DNA from: Chloroflexota bacterium
GTDB lineage: Bacteria > Chloroflexota > UBA11872 > VXNJ01
Length of the DNA stretch: 64,000 bases
Direction: 5' to 3'
NCBI GenBank assembly: GCA_965261345.1
Contig: OZ253449.1
Span: forward strand, 2,329,549 to 2,393,548
Positions 1 to 10,980 of the stretch are shown here, one piece after another; within the stretch, counting starts at the first letter, position 1, and every line of letters starts with the position of its first letter. The position numbers and the translations under genes were made by a program. The notes under the pieces are model-generated. The model was not told the origin of the DNA. It made no database searches and saw nothing but the letters and a program-made list of their open reading frames with translations.

Positions 1-1112
1 CAAAAACAAGGCAATGTTCGGCGCGAATTCGGCTGGATACCATCATGCGAACATCGACGTCGATAGGGTCGGGGTCCCGTCCAAGGCGGAAAAAGGAACG
101 CTCGACCCTGCCGGGCAAACGCTTCCCGGTTAAATTTGCCAATTGCCGCCGAAAGTAATGCAAGAAGAGGTGGTAAATGAAAGTGCTCGATTTCATCCGG
201 GCCAGGGTTGGCAGAGGACGTGACGGTGCAGAAACTAAGCATTTTTCTTGGGTGGAGGGTCGCGGCGATGCTCTTGCTAGCCGCTTCCTACGGCGTGACC
301 GTATATGCAGATCTCGATGATGGAGTCCGCGCACCGCTGGCTGCAGTTGTAGCAGCAGCCGCGGTAATAGCAGCCAACGAGCGCAGCGAGCATTCCAAAG
401 TAACCGAATTGGGTTTGCATCGATTGCATCGATTGCATCCCTTGGCGCAGGGTGGTTCTGGCTATGCGATGCGACCGGTGGAAATCCGGACAGATTGGGC
501 GTCGCAGTTGCCATTGCAATTGCCGTGGTCGTAATTGGCGCGTCGATCCGAATATTTTCCACTTGGCCAAACCGGGACGTCTCCTTAGCAAAATGCGAAC
601 ATTTCGGTTTGGCGTTCGCGACTAATCCATCGGTTACGCCATATTTAGCGTTTCCCGGCCAATGGGTCGTGCCTGGCCTTTCGGTGAATTGGAATCGAAC
701 GCGATCGGTGGCGCCTTAGGAGTGATTTGCGGGCGGGCGGCCCCAATAGCGGGTTAATTTTGGTCGCAATGGGTGGATTGGCTCAAGCTTCTCTCCAGTC
801 CGAGCGGCTGGCAAGTTTTTTATAAGGGTCCTGCCGATGAATCACCCGATACGGGTTGCAAAATGAAGTGGACATAACCGCGAATTTGCTCAATGCTCAC
901 CATCGATCAGCAGCCCGCCGGTCAGGCTTGCCGCAAGCGTGCATACGACGTCACACCGCTTTCCCGCATTTCGGCATACATCAGCTAACGGTTCCCTAAA
1001 TCGGATCCTTACACTCTGAACGGCGCTCTCTACATCGGTGCCGGAATCGGCCCTTTTCTCAGCGCTGACGCCATCCGAAATGGACCTGGCCATCGGTTGT
1101 CGCGGAATCGTT

Positions 1113-2621
1113 CTACGGCTGTGCGAATTGGGCCGCTTCAGCGCCAGCGATACGCCCGAAGACCGCGCCCGCCATCATTCCTCCGCCGGATGGATAGTTC
1201 CAAGCCCAGAGGCCACCGACCATCTCGCCAGCGGCGTAGAGGCCGGGGATGGCCCGGCCCAAGTTGTGCACCACCTCGCCCTGAGCTGCGATTTGGAGGC
1301 CGCCGTAGCAGAAGGTCATGCCGCAAGTGACTGCAAAGCCCTCGAATGGGGCCAGGTCAAGCGGGAGTGCCCAGTTGCGGCGTGGCGGAGTGATGCCTAC
1401 CGCCTCCTTGCCGTCGGGACGAAATGCATTGAACTCTCCGCGCTGTACGGCGCCGTTGTACTCCTTCACCGTTGCTACGAACGCGGTCACCTCCCGAATG
1501 CCGAGCTGTTGTCCTAGCCCTTCCAGCGTGTTGGACGCAACCCGCGTGGCCATTTCGTATCGCTGGAGGAGGCCAAGGTTACGGTGCTTGGCGTCGAATA
1601 TCTGAAAGGCCTTGGCCTCCGGTTGGGCCAGAATCGCGCGCCCGGTCTTGGCGTAGGTAAGCCCCCGCCAGGTCTCGCCCTCATCTACGAACCGGCGGCC
1701 ATCCAGATTCACCATGACCGAGTAGGGGTAGGCGTATCGACTCCAGAAGTCGCCGGCGACGCCTGGGCCGGGAAGGTCGCAGTGCGGGCGGTTCAAGTCC
1801 TGCGGCGAGGCGTGGCAGGTGGACCAGGAGCCGTATGGCAGGGCGCCGATGTCCATTGCCATGGTCAGGCCATCACCGGTGTTATATGGAACGCCGCGCA
1901 GTTTTACTGTTTCCCATTCAGGACCCAGGTAGCGGGAACGCATCTCGGGACTGGATTCGAAGCTGCCACAGGCCAGCACCACCGCCTTGGCCTGGTAGGT
2001 ACGGAGGCCGTCGGGCGTCAGAACCCGGACTCCGGTAACGTGTCCCTGGTCGTTCTGGATGAGCTCAGTGGCTTGGGAATCGTAATGGATCTGGATCCCC
2101 AATCGCTCACCCGCGGCGAACCACCGCTCGAGCAGGTTGTAACCCCCACCGGCAAAGGAGACCACGTTAGCGGCGAGCGGATTGCGATAACTGGGCTCCC
2201 ACTCATGGCCGTGGCTTCGCATCCACTGGACGGTGGGGAAGGCTCGATTTACGAGGGTCTCTGCCAAGGCCCTGTCGCTTTGCCCTTCCGTCACCATCAT
2301 GATGTCGTCCCAATACTCTTGCCGGCTGTAGCTGGTAACCCGGCTGGCCATTTTTCGGAGCTCGTCTCCCGAAACGTCTGGCAGTAGAGGAACGAGGTCT
2401 TCCATCCCGCCGAAAGGGAACCGCATCTGGATCGTCAGGGCACTGTTGCCGCCGCGGTGGGCCCTGGGCGCCTTCTCCAGTACGACTACGTCGGCGCCGC
2501 GCTCTCGAGCCGCTACCGCCGCCGCCATGGCGGCATTACCTGCACCGACTACAACTACCTGCGTGCGAATCTCGCGGTCAGCCATCGGCCGCTCCAACAG
2601 GGAATCGGGATGTTCGACCAC
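1113..2621 (-). CDS. FAD-dependent oxidoreductase, TcuA (tricarballylate dehydrogenase)/flavocytochrome c-like, copy 1
   Basis: N-terminal Rossmann motif VVVVGAGNAAMAAA, then GGNSA, RGVPYNTGDG, GRRFVDEG, TFCYGGL and GLYAAGE...GAVFGRIAG. The start may be the ATG at 2585. Confidence 0.85.
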   Translation of the reverse strand: MVEHPDSLLERPMADREIRTQVVVVGAGNAAMAAAVAARERGADVVVLEKAPRAHRGGNSALTIQMRFPFGGMEDLVPLLPDVSGDELRKMASRVTSYSRQEYWDDIMMVTEGQSDRALAETLVNRAFPTVQWMRSHGHEWEPSYRNPLAANVVSFAGGGYNLLERWFAAGERLGIQIHYDSQATELIQNDQGHVTGVRVLTPDGLRTYQAKAVVLACGSFESSPEMRSRYLGPEWETVKLRGVPYNTGDGLTMAMDIGALPYGSWSTCHASPQDLNRPHCDLPGPGVAGDFWSRYAYPYSVMVNLDGRRFVDEGETWRGLTYAKTGRAILAQPEAKAFQIFDAKHRNLGLLQRYEMATRVASNTLEGLGQQLGIREVTAFVATVKEYNGAVQRGEFNAFRPDGKEAVGITPPRRNWALPLDLAPFEGFAVTCGMTFCYGGLQIAAQGEVVHNLGRAIPGLYAAGEMVGGLWAWNYPSGGGMMAGAVFGRIAGAEAAQFAQP

Positions 2622-3021
2622 CAGGTCGCATCACCAGCCCGACCGACGGCAATTTGGGGGCGGCGTCGCAAATCAAATAAATCAGGGAACGAGCGCAATC
2701 GTTTTCGGATTTTGGGGCATCTGGCGAATATCGGCGGGAGGTGGAGTTGAGTAGCTCTTTTTTCGCTGACAACATACTGGAATTAGACAAACTGCGCGGC
2801 TTGCAAAAGTGGTTTTCCTGGTGGCGCGTCACTTCGACTCTCCTAGTACCGCCACCTCTGGCGACACTAGGGCTATTGTGGCTCTCGGGCCGCCATATTT
2901 CCCTGTAGGCGCTTCGCCTAGCTTGGAGCCCAACGGTAACATCTCAATCCAGATCCCGGAGCCCTCACGCCCCCGGCAGGCCCGGAACGGAACCGTTCAA
3001 TCGGCCAAGGAGCGGCTAACT

Positions 3022-4704
3022 ATGTCCAAACCCAACAGCATCACCGGCAGTCACCTCATTGCCCGTGCCCTAAAGCAGGAGGGCGTAAAGAACGTCTTCA
3101 CGCTGGCGGGAGACCACATCCTTCCCGTTATAGATGTCATGGAGGATGAAGACTTCCGCTTCATCGATACGCGCCACGAGCAAGCCGCCGTTCATATGGC
3201 GGATGCCTGGGCACGGATGACCGGTCAGATTGGGGTGAGTATGGTCACTACCCCCGGTCACGCCAACGCGCTCCCAGGGCTGGTCCACGCAATGGCCACA
3301 GAGGCACCCGTCCTGCACATCAGCGGCTCGGACAAGCTGTCCGATTACGACCGGGGCATGATGCAGGAGATTGACCAAGTAGGCATGGCCAAGGCAACAA
3401 CCAAGGCGGCATGGTTGGTACGTGACGCTCACCGTCTACCCGAATACATCTCCATGGCCATCAGAACGGCCTTCTCCGGGCGACGGGGGCCAGTGCACCT
3501 CACCATCCCAATTGACGTGCAGGAGACTGTGGTTGACGACCAAGCGGTTCGCTATCCCGGCTCAAACGAGTCGCGTCCCACCGGCCCGTCAGTGGCCAGC
3601 GCAAAACAGGTAGAAGCGGCGGTGCGCTTGCTACACCAAGCGGAGCGACCGCTGGTGGTGGCCGCCAACCCCGCCGGCTATGAGGATTCCAACAGCGAGG
3701 TGTTGCAACGGTTCCTGGAGGTGACTCGCCTTCCGCTAATGACGGAAGGTACAGCCCGGGGGATCGTTCCTGACAATCACCCATATTGCTTTGGGATCTT
3801 CGACCTGGGCCTAAATCAGGCTGCGCCCCTGCTGCGGGAAGCGGATGTGGTGCTATTTCTAGGGAAGAAGCTGGACTATTCGATTGGCTATGCCCAACCT
3901 CCGGTGGTGGCAGCCGACGCGAGCACCATCCAGGTGGATCCTTCGCCCGCCGAAATCGGACGCAACCGCGGAGTGACCATCGGTATCGCCGGCGACATTG
4001 CCGGAGTCGTGGAACAGTTTTCCCAGGAAGCGTCCTCATTCCCCTGGAGCGACGGGCCATGGATCCAGCGCCTGCGGGCAAAACGTGAGAAGCAGGCCGA
4101 TTGGGTGGCCTCCAAGGCGGTACCGGAATCACCGCTGCATCCGCTTTTCGTGCATCAGACTCTGGGCGAACTCCTGGGGCCTGACGATGTGGTGGTCTTC
4201 GATGGTGGCGACTACTGCCACTTTGGGAAGCTCTATTTTCCGGCCCGTCCCAGAAGCTGGTGGTCGCTGCCTGACCTGGGGATGCTTGGATCGGCCGTGC
4301 CCACGGCCATCACCGCCAAGCTGGCGCGACCCAACGCCCGAGTTGCCTTGGTGTCCGGCGACGGCAGCTTTGGATTCAACGGCATGGAGTTCGATACGGC
4401 CGTTCGCCACGGCCTAGATATCGTGGCTGTCTTAGGAAACGATTCAGCATGGGGAATAGACCGGCAGATCCAGCTTGCCGCATACGGGAGGGCTGTGGCC
4501 ACCGACCTGCTCCCATCGCGCTACGACCAGGTGGTGCAGGGGCTAGGCGGTCACGGCGAATTCGTACAGCGTCCCGAAGAGCTTCGCCCTGCCCTGGAGC
4601 GTTCTTTCGCCGCGCGAAAACCGGCCCTCGTCAACGTGCTAACCCAACGCGTGTCCAGTCCAAGGGGAGAACGGGCAATCGCCCGACGCAAAGCTGGCGG
4701 CTGA
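3022..4704 (+). CDS. Thiamine pyrophosphate-binding enzyme (acetolactate synthase-like/acyl-CoA lyase family), copy 1
   Basis: RHEQAAVHMADAWAR, GPVHLTIPIDV and the TPP motif GDGSFGF...GNDSAWG. ATG at 3022 follows an AAGGAG Shine-Dalgarno; the longer ORF-track start at 2809 is unlikely. Confidence 0.9.
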   Translation: MSKPNSITGSHLIARALKQEGVKNVFTLAGDHILPVIDVMEDEDFRFIDTRHEQAAVHMADAWARMTGQIGVSMVTTPGHANALPGLVHAMATEAPVLHISGSDKLSDYDRGMMQEIDQVGMAKATTKAAWLVRDAHRLPEYISMAIRTAFSGRRGPVHLTIPIDVQETVVDDQAVRYPGSNESRPTGPSVASAKQVEAAVRLLHQAERPLVVAANPAGYEDSNSEVLQRFLEVTRLPLMTEGTARGIVPDNHPYCFGIFDLGLNQAAPLLREADVVLFLGKKLDYSIGYAQPPVVAADASTIQVDPSPAEIGRNRGVTIGIAGDIAGVVEQFSQEASSFPWSDGPWIQRLRAKREKQADWVASKAVPESPLHPLFVHQTLGELLGPDDVVVFDGGDYCHFGKLYFPARPRSWWSLPDLGMLGSAVPTAITAKLARPNARVALVSGDGSFGFNGMEFDTAVRHGLDIVAVLGNDSAWGIDRQIQLAAYGRAVATDLLPSRYDQVVQGLGGHGEFVQRPEELRPALERSFAARKPALVNVLTQRVSSPRGERAIARRKAGG

Positions 4705-5198
4705 GTTCTATTGGGGAAAGCATTGTCAACGGCACGTAGTCGAATGAGCCAATGTGAACAGCGAATCCCGATTCTGCCGGGATTACGAGCGCATTGTTGC
4801 GACTCAAGTGTTGCGACTGACATTCACTGAAGGCGCCGCGTTGGTCGCGCCATTCTCAAACCTTGCTCGAAAGGGTGCCGTCAGACCATTGGACAAAGGG
4901 CCGGCCAGCGGCCCGCGATGAACGGCGCGTGCGTCTCGGAAATCGAGCACTGCGCGCCGCAGCACCGGCTCGCCCAGACCGTGGCAGCCGGCACCACTTG
5001 AGCTCATGATTGGAATCCGGGCGGTCGGCCACAAAGACTTTGCCGCAAGGCGAGGAGGGTGCCGCCGGCGAGCGTTCCGAAGCATTTGGTCGGCGTTCCC
5101 GCAACGATCAACGGATCCTGGTGGCGCGGCGTCGTAGGACGACCCGAGCCCGTGTATCATGCCAGGCGGAACCCGGGATGCCCTCGGAAGTTGAACTA

Positions 5199-5500
5199 AT
5201 GCCAATTGCACGATCGCTTTCTGGCCCAGAAATGCGGCACCGGCAAAACCACCCTCGCTACCGCCCTCTAACCGAGATTTAAGGACGTTGACGTCCCGGT
5301 AGATCTGGTCGATCTCATTGCTCCATGTGAGCGCTTCGCCGCGGGGCACAAGGTTTGGCCGTCCCCATACGTGGGCGCTGCCAGCAGCGCTATTACGGAT
5401 ATGCCGGTATTGATACTGCGCCGCAATCCGAAGCGACCGCTCTGGCCGCGGCCCGTTCTGTCGACCTGGATCTGGCCTGCGCCGCATTGGGGCGAGACGA
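5199..5500 (+). pseudogene. Degenerate ParA-family ATPase remnant
   Basis: Reads TIAFLAQK(C)GTGKTTLATAL* (deviant Walker A) and later GIDTAPQSEATALAAARSVDL (Walker B region), broken by stops and frameshifts. Confidence 0.65.
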
Positions 5501-5508
5501 TCCGAACC

Positions 5509-6126
5509 CTATTTGCTGGAACGGCTTCCATTGTTTGTCTTCGATCTGACCACCGAATCTACTTCGCAATACGCAGCGGGCGAGGCGAGCAACTTCAACC
5601 GGGACAATGCGACCGTCTTCTGGAACCCGAAGTGTTTGTATAACTCCCTGGTCGACAGCACGTAGAACTCCCATTGCGCCAAGTCCATTGGATCGACGGT
5701 AGCTTTGTCCTTGTGCGCCATGATCGCAAATACGTAGACGTCCGCTTGCCGCCGGGACTCGGTTTCAAAGTCGCCGCTCTCCGGATCCCAAGCCAAGGTT
5801 TCGGGAATCCGAAATGAAATTGATGAGAGCCGATCTTGAGCCCAGCTTTGGACATAACTAGCGGACTTGACCTCGAGCCTGATCCCGGCCGGCGTTGTGA
5901 TGTCGAACGTCGCCCATGGATCGCGGATTCCAGCGCCCGATCCACCCACGGCTCGGTCCACGATGTACTCGGCTAGGACACCCCTAATAGTGTTGTTTAC
6001 AAGGTCGGACGCCGACCACCGCCAGAAGTCCAGGAGGTCGAACCTCGAGGCGGAGCTGCCGGCATGAAATTCTTCGGAACCAGTCTTCCTTAATACTTCC
6101 AGTTTCGGGAACTTGCTTTCCGGCAT
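5509..6126 (-). CDS. Hypothetical protein with PD-(D/E)XK nuclease-like motifs
   Basis: 205-aa ORF with RGVLAEYIV...FDITTPAGIRLEVKS...ADVYVF, matching the restriction-endonuclease-fold pattern. Confidence 0.6.
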   Translation of the reverse strand: MPESKFPKLEVLRKTGSEEFHAGSSASRFDLLDFWRWSASDLVNNTIRGVLAEYIVDRAVGGSGAGIRDPWATFDITTPAGIRLEVKSASYVQSWAQDRLSSISFRIPETLAWDPESGDFETESRRQADVYVFAIMAHKDKATVDPMDLAQWEFYVLSTRELYKHFGFQKTVALSRLKLLASPAAYCEVDSVVRSKTNNGSRSSK

Positions 6127-6571
6127 CGATTTCTCACCAATTCAGCGCGCGCGGACAAGATTGCGGCACGGAACTACTGCCATCCCAGGGCCGGGTACAC
6201 CCCTCGCCGGGAATGTCGTGGTCCGTTTGCGTTCGGAGGCCGCGAGTCCATGTTCTCGTAAGGCTCGACTGACCATGGTCGCTAACTTAAGGGTCCCGGT
6301 TGAGATTGATGACGGTGGCTCAGCAGCAAGACGAGCGATCGGACCGCGCTCACGGCCGGTAGCACGGTAGATTGCCGTTCGGCCTCAATTGCAATCTGAG
6401 ATCGGGCGGAAAGGTCGATTGCCTTGGTGCCAAAAAGCCCGGAATTCGGCCATGGCCTTGTCTACGGCCATCGACATCGCTCACTGGAGAATTGCGAGCG
6501 CGGACTGCAATCAAGATTGCGGGATGTGCCCGCGAACGGCTTGAAGGAAGAAGGAGCGACGGAGGGAAGAA

Positions 6572-7474
6572 ATGAGGCCCGTGCTGATTGACTGCGACCC
6601 CGGCACCGACGACGCGCTTGCGATCTGTATGGCCCTAAACTCTCGCGCCCTCGATGTAGTTGGATTTACGACCGTGGGCGGAAATGCCGCAATCGACGAT
6701 ACAACTAGCAACGCGCTGTCATTGCTCGAGACCCTGGGCCGGGCCGAATTGCCGGTATGGAGAGGCGCCGACCGACCGCTGGTTGGGGAGTTCACTTTCG
6801 CCTACGAGTTCCACGGCAAAGGGGGTATGGGTATCCAACTGGAGCCGCCCGCAACCCGCGTGCGTACTGAACCTGCCGTCGACGCGATCATCGCCGCGGT
6901 AAGGGCGCGTCCAGGCAAGCTGACACTGATCGCCCTGGGCCCTCTGACCAACATCGCGTTGGCCCTCCGCCGCCGGCCCGCACTAGCGTCCGAGGTCGCA
7001 GAAATCATCGTGATGGGCGGGGCGCTGCAAGTGTCGGGAAACATCACCGAGCATGCTGAATTCAACATCTACAACGATCCGACGGCTGCAGCCGTCGTAT
7101 TCGGCAGTGGGGCGCCGGTCAAACTGTTGGGCCTCGACGTGACCTCCAAAGTGGCCATTCCCCGATCTGAAGACCTGTGGATACAAGATGGATCAAAGAC
7201 GGCGGTGCTGGCCAGGCGAATCCTTCAATCGTGGTTTGAGAGTCACTCCGGCGCCGACCAGTACAGCCTGCACGACCCGTTAACTGTCGCCGCGGCAATT
7301 GACCCGACTTTGCTCGCTTATCGGCCGAGCACAGTCGCTGTGGATACTCGGCACGGCACCACCCGAGGAAAGACCACGCCTTCTTATGGACACGGCCCCG
7401 TCCACGCCGCCCTTGGCGTCGATTCCGACCACGCGCGATTGCAGATCGAAGGCCTCATCCGCCATCAAGAATGA
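6572..7474 (+). CDS. Inosine/uridine-preferring nucleoside hydrolase
   Basis: DCDPGTDD motif, LGPLTNIA, GNITEHAEFNIYNDP and HDP; GGAGG upstream. Confidence 0.92.
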   Translation: MRPVLIDCDPGTDDALAICMALNSRALDVVGFTTVGGNAAIDDTTSNALSLLETLGRAELPVWRGADRPLVGEFTFAYEFHGKGGMGIQLEPPATRVRTEPAVDAIIAAVRARPGKLTLIALGPLTNIALALRRRPALASEVAEIIVMGGALQVSGNITEHAEFNIYNDPTAAAVVFGSGAPVKLLGLDVTSKVAIPRSEDLWIQDGSKTAVLARRILQSWFESHSGADQYSLHDPLTVAAAIDPTLLAYRPSTVAVDTRHGTTRGKTTPSYGHGPVHAALGVDSDHARLQIEGLIRHQE

Positions 7475-7749
7475 CGGCCGGTGACGCGGGCTGGAAGGCC
7501 TCCGGTCGACGCACCCGATTGCCGGTGGTGGTCCGCGCTGCCAGCTGGCAGCGCACTGGCCTTAGCGCCGAGCACCCGTATCCGGCCAGGGATGGCGGTG
7601 AACCGTTGCAGATTGGCGATCGGATTGAACTGATTCCGCACCACCCCGGCAGCACCGTCCCTTTGAATCGGACTATCTACGCCTGCCGCGACGGCCAGGT
7701 GGTCGAAGAATGGCCGATCGCATACCTGCCGGTGCGCTCCAGTAATTAA
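7471..7749 (+). pseudogene. C-terminal fragment of a DSD1/D-threonine aldolase-like PLP enzyme
   Basis: DAGWKA...LSAEH...LQIGDRIELIPHHPGSTV...RDGQVVEEWPI; no N-terminal barrel present. Confidence 0.6.
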
Positions 7750-7917
7750 CGCCGGATTGGGCCAGGAAAGAATCGCCCTTACAGGTGCGTCATCAACGCA
7801 ATCAGGTGCGGCAAGATCGCCACAATCCGCACCGGGACATACTTGGCGGTTCCGGCCTCCGACAGCGTGCGACGGCGCCAATCCCAGGGCCGATTGATTA
7901 CTTGAAACCGCAATCCC

Positions 7918-8337
7918 ATGGCTGAAAACAAAACCCACAAGACCGGAGCCAATGTTGAAGAGTTTCTGGCCGCGGTCGAGAACCGGCGGCGGCGCGAGGA
8001 CGCATTCGCTCTCTTGGCGATGATGCGGGACATAACCGGGTTGGAACCGGAAATGTGGGGACCGAGCATCATCGGATTCGGCGATCGCCACTACCGGTAC
8101 GAATCGGGTCGCGAGGGCGATATATTCCTGACTGGTTTTTCGCCGCGCAAGCAAAACATGACCCTTTACATCATGGACGGACTCGAAGGCCAGGAAACCC
8201 TCCTGGGCCGGCTTGGAAAGCACCGCACGAGCGTAGCTTGTCTTTACATAAATAAATTGGCAGATGTTGACACCGATGTGCTGCGGCAATTGGCAAAGGT
8301 GTCGTTCGAACGCGCCAAGTCGACCGGGCAACCTTAG
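7918..8337 (+). CDS. DUF1801 (YdhG-like) protein
   Basis: MWGPSIIGFG.RHYRYESGREGD...GFSPRK...LGKH...CLYINKLADVD signature. Confidence 0.85.
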   Translation: MAENKTHKTGANVEEFLAAVENRRRREDAFALLAMMRDITGLEPEMWGPSIIGFGDRHYRYESGREGDIFLTGFSPRKQNMTLYIMDGLEGQETLLGRLGKHRTSVACLYINKLADVDTDVLRQLAKVSFERAKSTGQP

Positions 8338-8418
8338 CCGCCCGCCCGCCCGCACTACCCCCTTTACAGCGGTCGATCCAAGCCCCGATCGATGAACCGA
8401 CGCCGATCTGGGCCCGAA

Positions 8419-9191
8419 TTATTGCGCCGTGTAGCCGCTGTCCATCATCAGCGGTGCGCCGGTGGCGAGGAAAGATACATTCGAAGCCAGAAATGGAACC
8501 GCGCAGGCGATTTCCTCGCGTTTTCCAAGCCTGCCGATCGGGCACATTTTGTAAGGGTCGCGTACCCTTCCAAGTCGCTGGTGACTTCGACCGTTCGGTT
8601 CGATTCGACATAACCTAGGCAGATGCAAGAAACCCGAATGTTTTGCTGGCATAGGCAAAGGCCAGATTGCTGGTGAACCACAGGGCCGCGCCCTTGGACG
8701 ATAGATAGGGATCGAATCCGCCCAACAGGCTCGGAATATCCGCCCGTCGCCCACCGCGGCGATGATCGAGGCCAGGTTGATGATCGAGTCGCAGCCCATG
8801 CGCTGCATAAGCGGAACGGCGCGCCAGCTATCCAGGCAAGTGCGCTTTGAATTGATTTCCAACACCGGGTCGCAGATCTCCTCCGGATTGGCTTCGGGCC
8901 CGGCTGCGTTGCGGGAGACACTCAGGCGTTGCCGACCAACTTCGAATTTTCCGTAGGCGTCCAGTACGGCGTCGATTATGGCCTTGGCGTCGCTGTTGCG
9001 GCATACGTCCCCGATTGCAGCTGCCGCCCCGCCCCGGTGAGTAAAACCTGGGCCACAGTCTCCCGGGTTTCATCCGCGCTTAGTTCCGCGACGCCGACGC
9101 GGGCGTTATCGAGGGCAAAAAGCAGCGAGGTTGCGCGGCCGATTCATGATCCGGCGCGGGTCACTACGGCGACCTAGTTCTTGAGCCTCAT
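8419..9191 (-). pseudogene. Short-chain dehydrogenase/reductase pseudogene
   Basis: Starts MRLKN*VAVVTRAGS*IGRATSLLFA; contains SIINLASI and NIRVSCICLG; ends PIGRLG...FLASNVSFLATGAPLMMDSGYTAQ. Multiple stops and frameshifts. Confidence 0.8.
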
Positions 9192-9301
9192 GCATCCTCC
9201 CGCAGGCAGGCACCTTCGCCGCTGCGAATCATGGCAGCGCGCGGGCCCAAATCCCACCACTCGGGCGGCGGCGGTCAATTTGTGGAGATAGGCGCCTGTT
9301 G

Positions 9302-10465
9302 CTAGCGCAACCCCTTCGGGGCCAGGTCGCCAATCGAACTTGCCAAATCGTCGGAGGATTCCTGGCCGATCTTACGTGCCGTCGGCGGCAGCGGTGTGTC
9401 GAACTGGTAATCCGGATCTTGCTGCTGGCGATCCCAGACGTAGAGCATCTCCCGCCAGGTGCCGATCAATGTGCGTGGCGCGGGCATGTCGTCGGCTATC
9501 GCCCGGTGCAGTTTTTTCAGGTTGTAGCACGGGACCCCGGCGTACATGTGATGTTCGCAGTGCCAATTCATTCGCCAATAGAGGAACTCGAGGATCGGGA
9601 TCAGGGTCATCGAGCGGACGCTCTTGCGAAAGTCGGGCGTCTTATCCATGAGGCCGCAGTGTTGGGGCAAGCCGACAGCATATTGCGCCCAGTTGGCGAT
9701 GAAGGGAAAAAACGTAAGTATCAGCGGCAGCACCCATTGCCCGGTGAGGACGGCCGCCACCAGGATCAGGCTGTGGAAGACCAGCTGGATCCGGGCCCAG
9801 CGAATGGACTTGCGGTGCTCGACTGGCTGGTCGGCGTGAACCGCGCGCAGCCACTCGATGGCTGGAATTTCGGCCGGGCCGTCATAACCCCGGGCCGTGC
9901 GAACGGTCTGCACGATCGTGGAAATGAGTCCGCCCTTCCCGAAAGTGCGTCCGGGTTGTGAGAACACGTTTACCGTAAACAGCTGCAGCAGAAACGTCTT
10001 GCCGACGGTCGGTTTTAGTGGCAGCAGCACCTCGCGATCGCCCGCCGGATGCAGCGTGTAACGGTGGTGGAAGGTATGGCTGGTGTTGTAGTCGTAGGGG
10101 TCGTACCAGCCCAATAGGCAAAAGACGTGATTGAAAAAACCATTGAGCCATTTGGTCCTAAACACTGACCCGTGACCAAGCTCATGCGGTGCAACGCCAA
10201 TGAAAAAGCTCCCTATCGTGCCATGGGCAAACAGCGCCACGACCAACCCGATCCAGATCTGCTGCCACCAGAAAAAATAGGTCAGCGCGCCGGAGAGGGC
10301 AAAAAGACCCAGGTGTCCGCCGGCCTGCAGCCAGCCCTGAAGGTCGCTGCGGCGCGAGATTTCCTTAAGGACGGTACGGTCAATCGGAGATCGGTACCAT
10401 TCGATCCGCAGGCTCTTGCGCACATCGGCCAGCGGCCGGTAATCCGAATCAGCTGCTTGGCTCAT
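9302..10465 (-). CDS. Membrane fatty acid desaturase family protein
   Basis: Three His boxes (HELGH, HTFHH, HCEHH) plus hydrophobic segments. Confidence 0.88.
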   Translation of the reverse strand: MSQAADSDYRPLADVRKSLRIEWYRSPIDRTVLKEISRRSDLQGWLQAGGHLGLFALSGALTYFFWWQQIWIGLVVALFAHGTIGSFFIGVAPHELGHGSVFRTKWLNGFFNHVFCLLGWYDPYDYNTSHTFHHRYTLHPAGDREVLLPLKPTVGKTFLLQLFTVNVFSQPGRTFGKGGLISTIVQTVRTARGYDGPAEIPAIEWLRAVHADQPVEHRKSIRWARIQLVFHSLILVAAVLTGQWVLPLILTFFPFIANWAQYAVGLPQHCGLMDKTPDFRKSVRSMTLIPILEFLYWRMNWHCEHHMYAGVPCYNLKKLHRAIADDMPAPRTLIGTWREMLYVWDRQQQDPDYQFDTPLPPTARKIGQESSDDLASSIGDLAPKGLR

Positions 10466-10980
10466 ATTCGGTCCAGTTCAATTCCGATCTGATCGCGGTG
10501 CCATCGCCCTTAAGGTCCGGCTTACCCCGCGTCCGGGTTAATACTCCTGATTTTCAGTCAGGAATCTGCCGGCTCAGTTCCTTAAATATATCGCTCGCGG
10601 GATTGGGTTTTGCGGCGTTGGGAATCGATTACATGGGTCGGCCAATACCGTCGGTCGGCCTTCTAAGGACCCTCGGCCGTTAAACACCTCCGGTCGGCCC
10701 GGGAGGCGACGAAGTCACCCAAGCGACATTTGGGTCCCTTTCAGCGGCCCATCGAACACATTTCAGCAGGCGGGCAAAGCTACTCGACATAATTGGCATT
10801 ATGTTTCATAGCCGGTGTTGTTCGGGTTAAAGTCCGCACCCCTCACGGATCAAATCACCCTATGTGCATGCCTGCACCTTGACGAAATTCAGCCGGAAAT
10901 GCCAACTTTTAATTGCGCGGCCATATGGTCCGCTGGGCCGACTGCGGGTTGGCGCCGTAGCGGCAAGGCCGGGCAAGAAC

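Noticed and set aside
415-439. Tandem TTGCATCGA repeat
   Set aside because: Fewer than three units, no spacers, and consistent with slippage.
1-1100. Short hydrophobic ORFs at the window start
   Set aside because: No recognisable family and the frames are broken.
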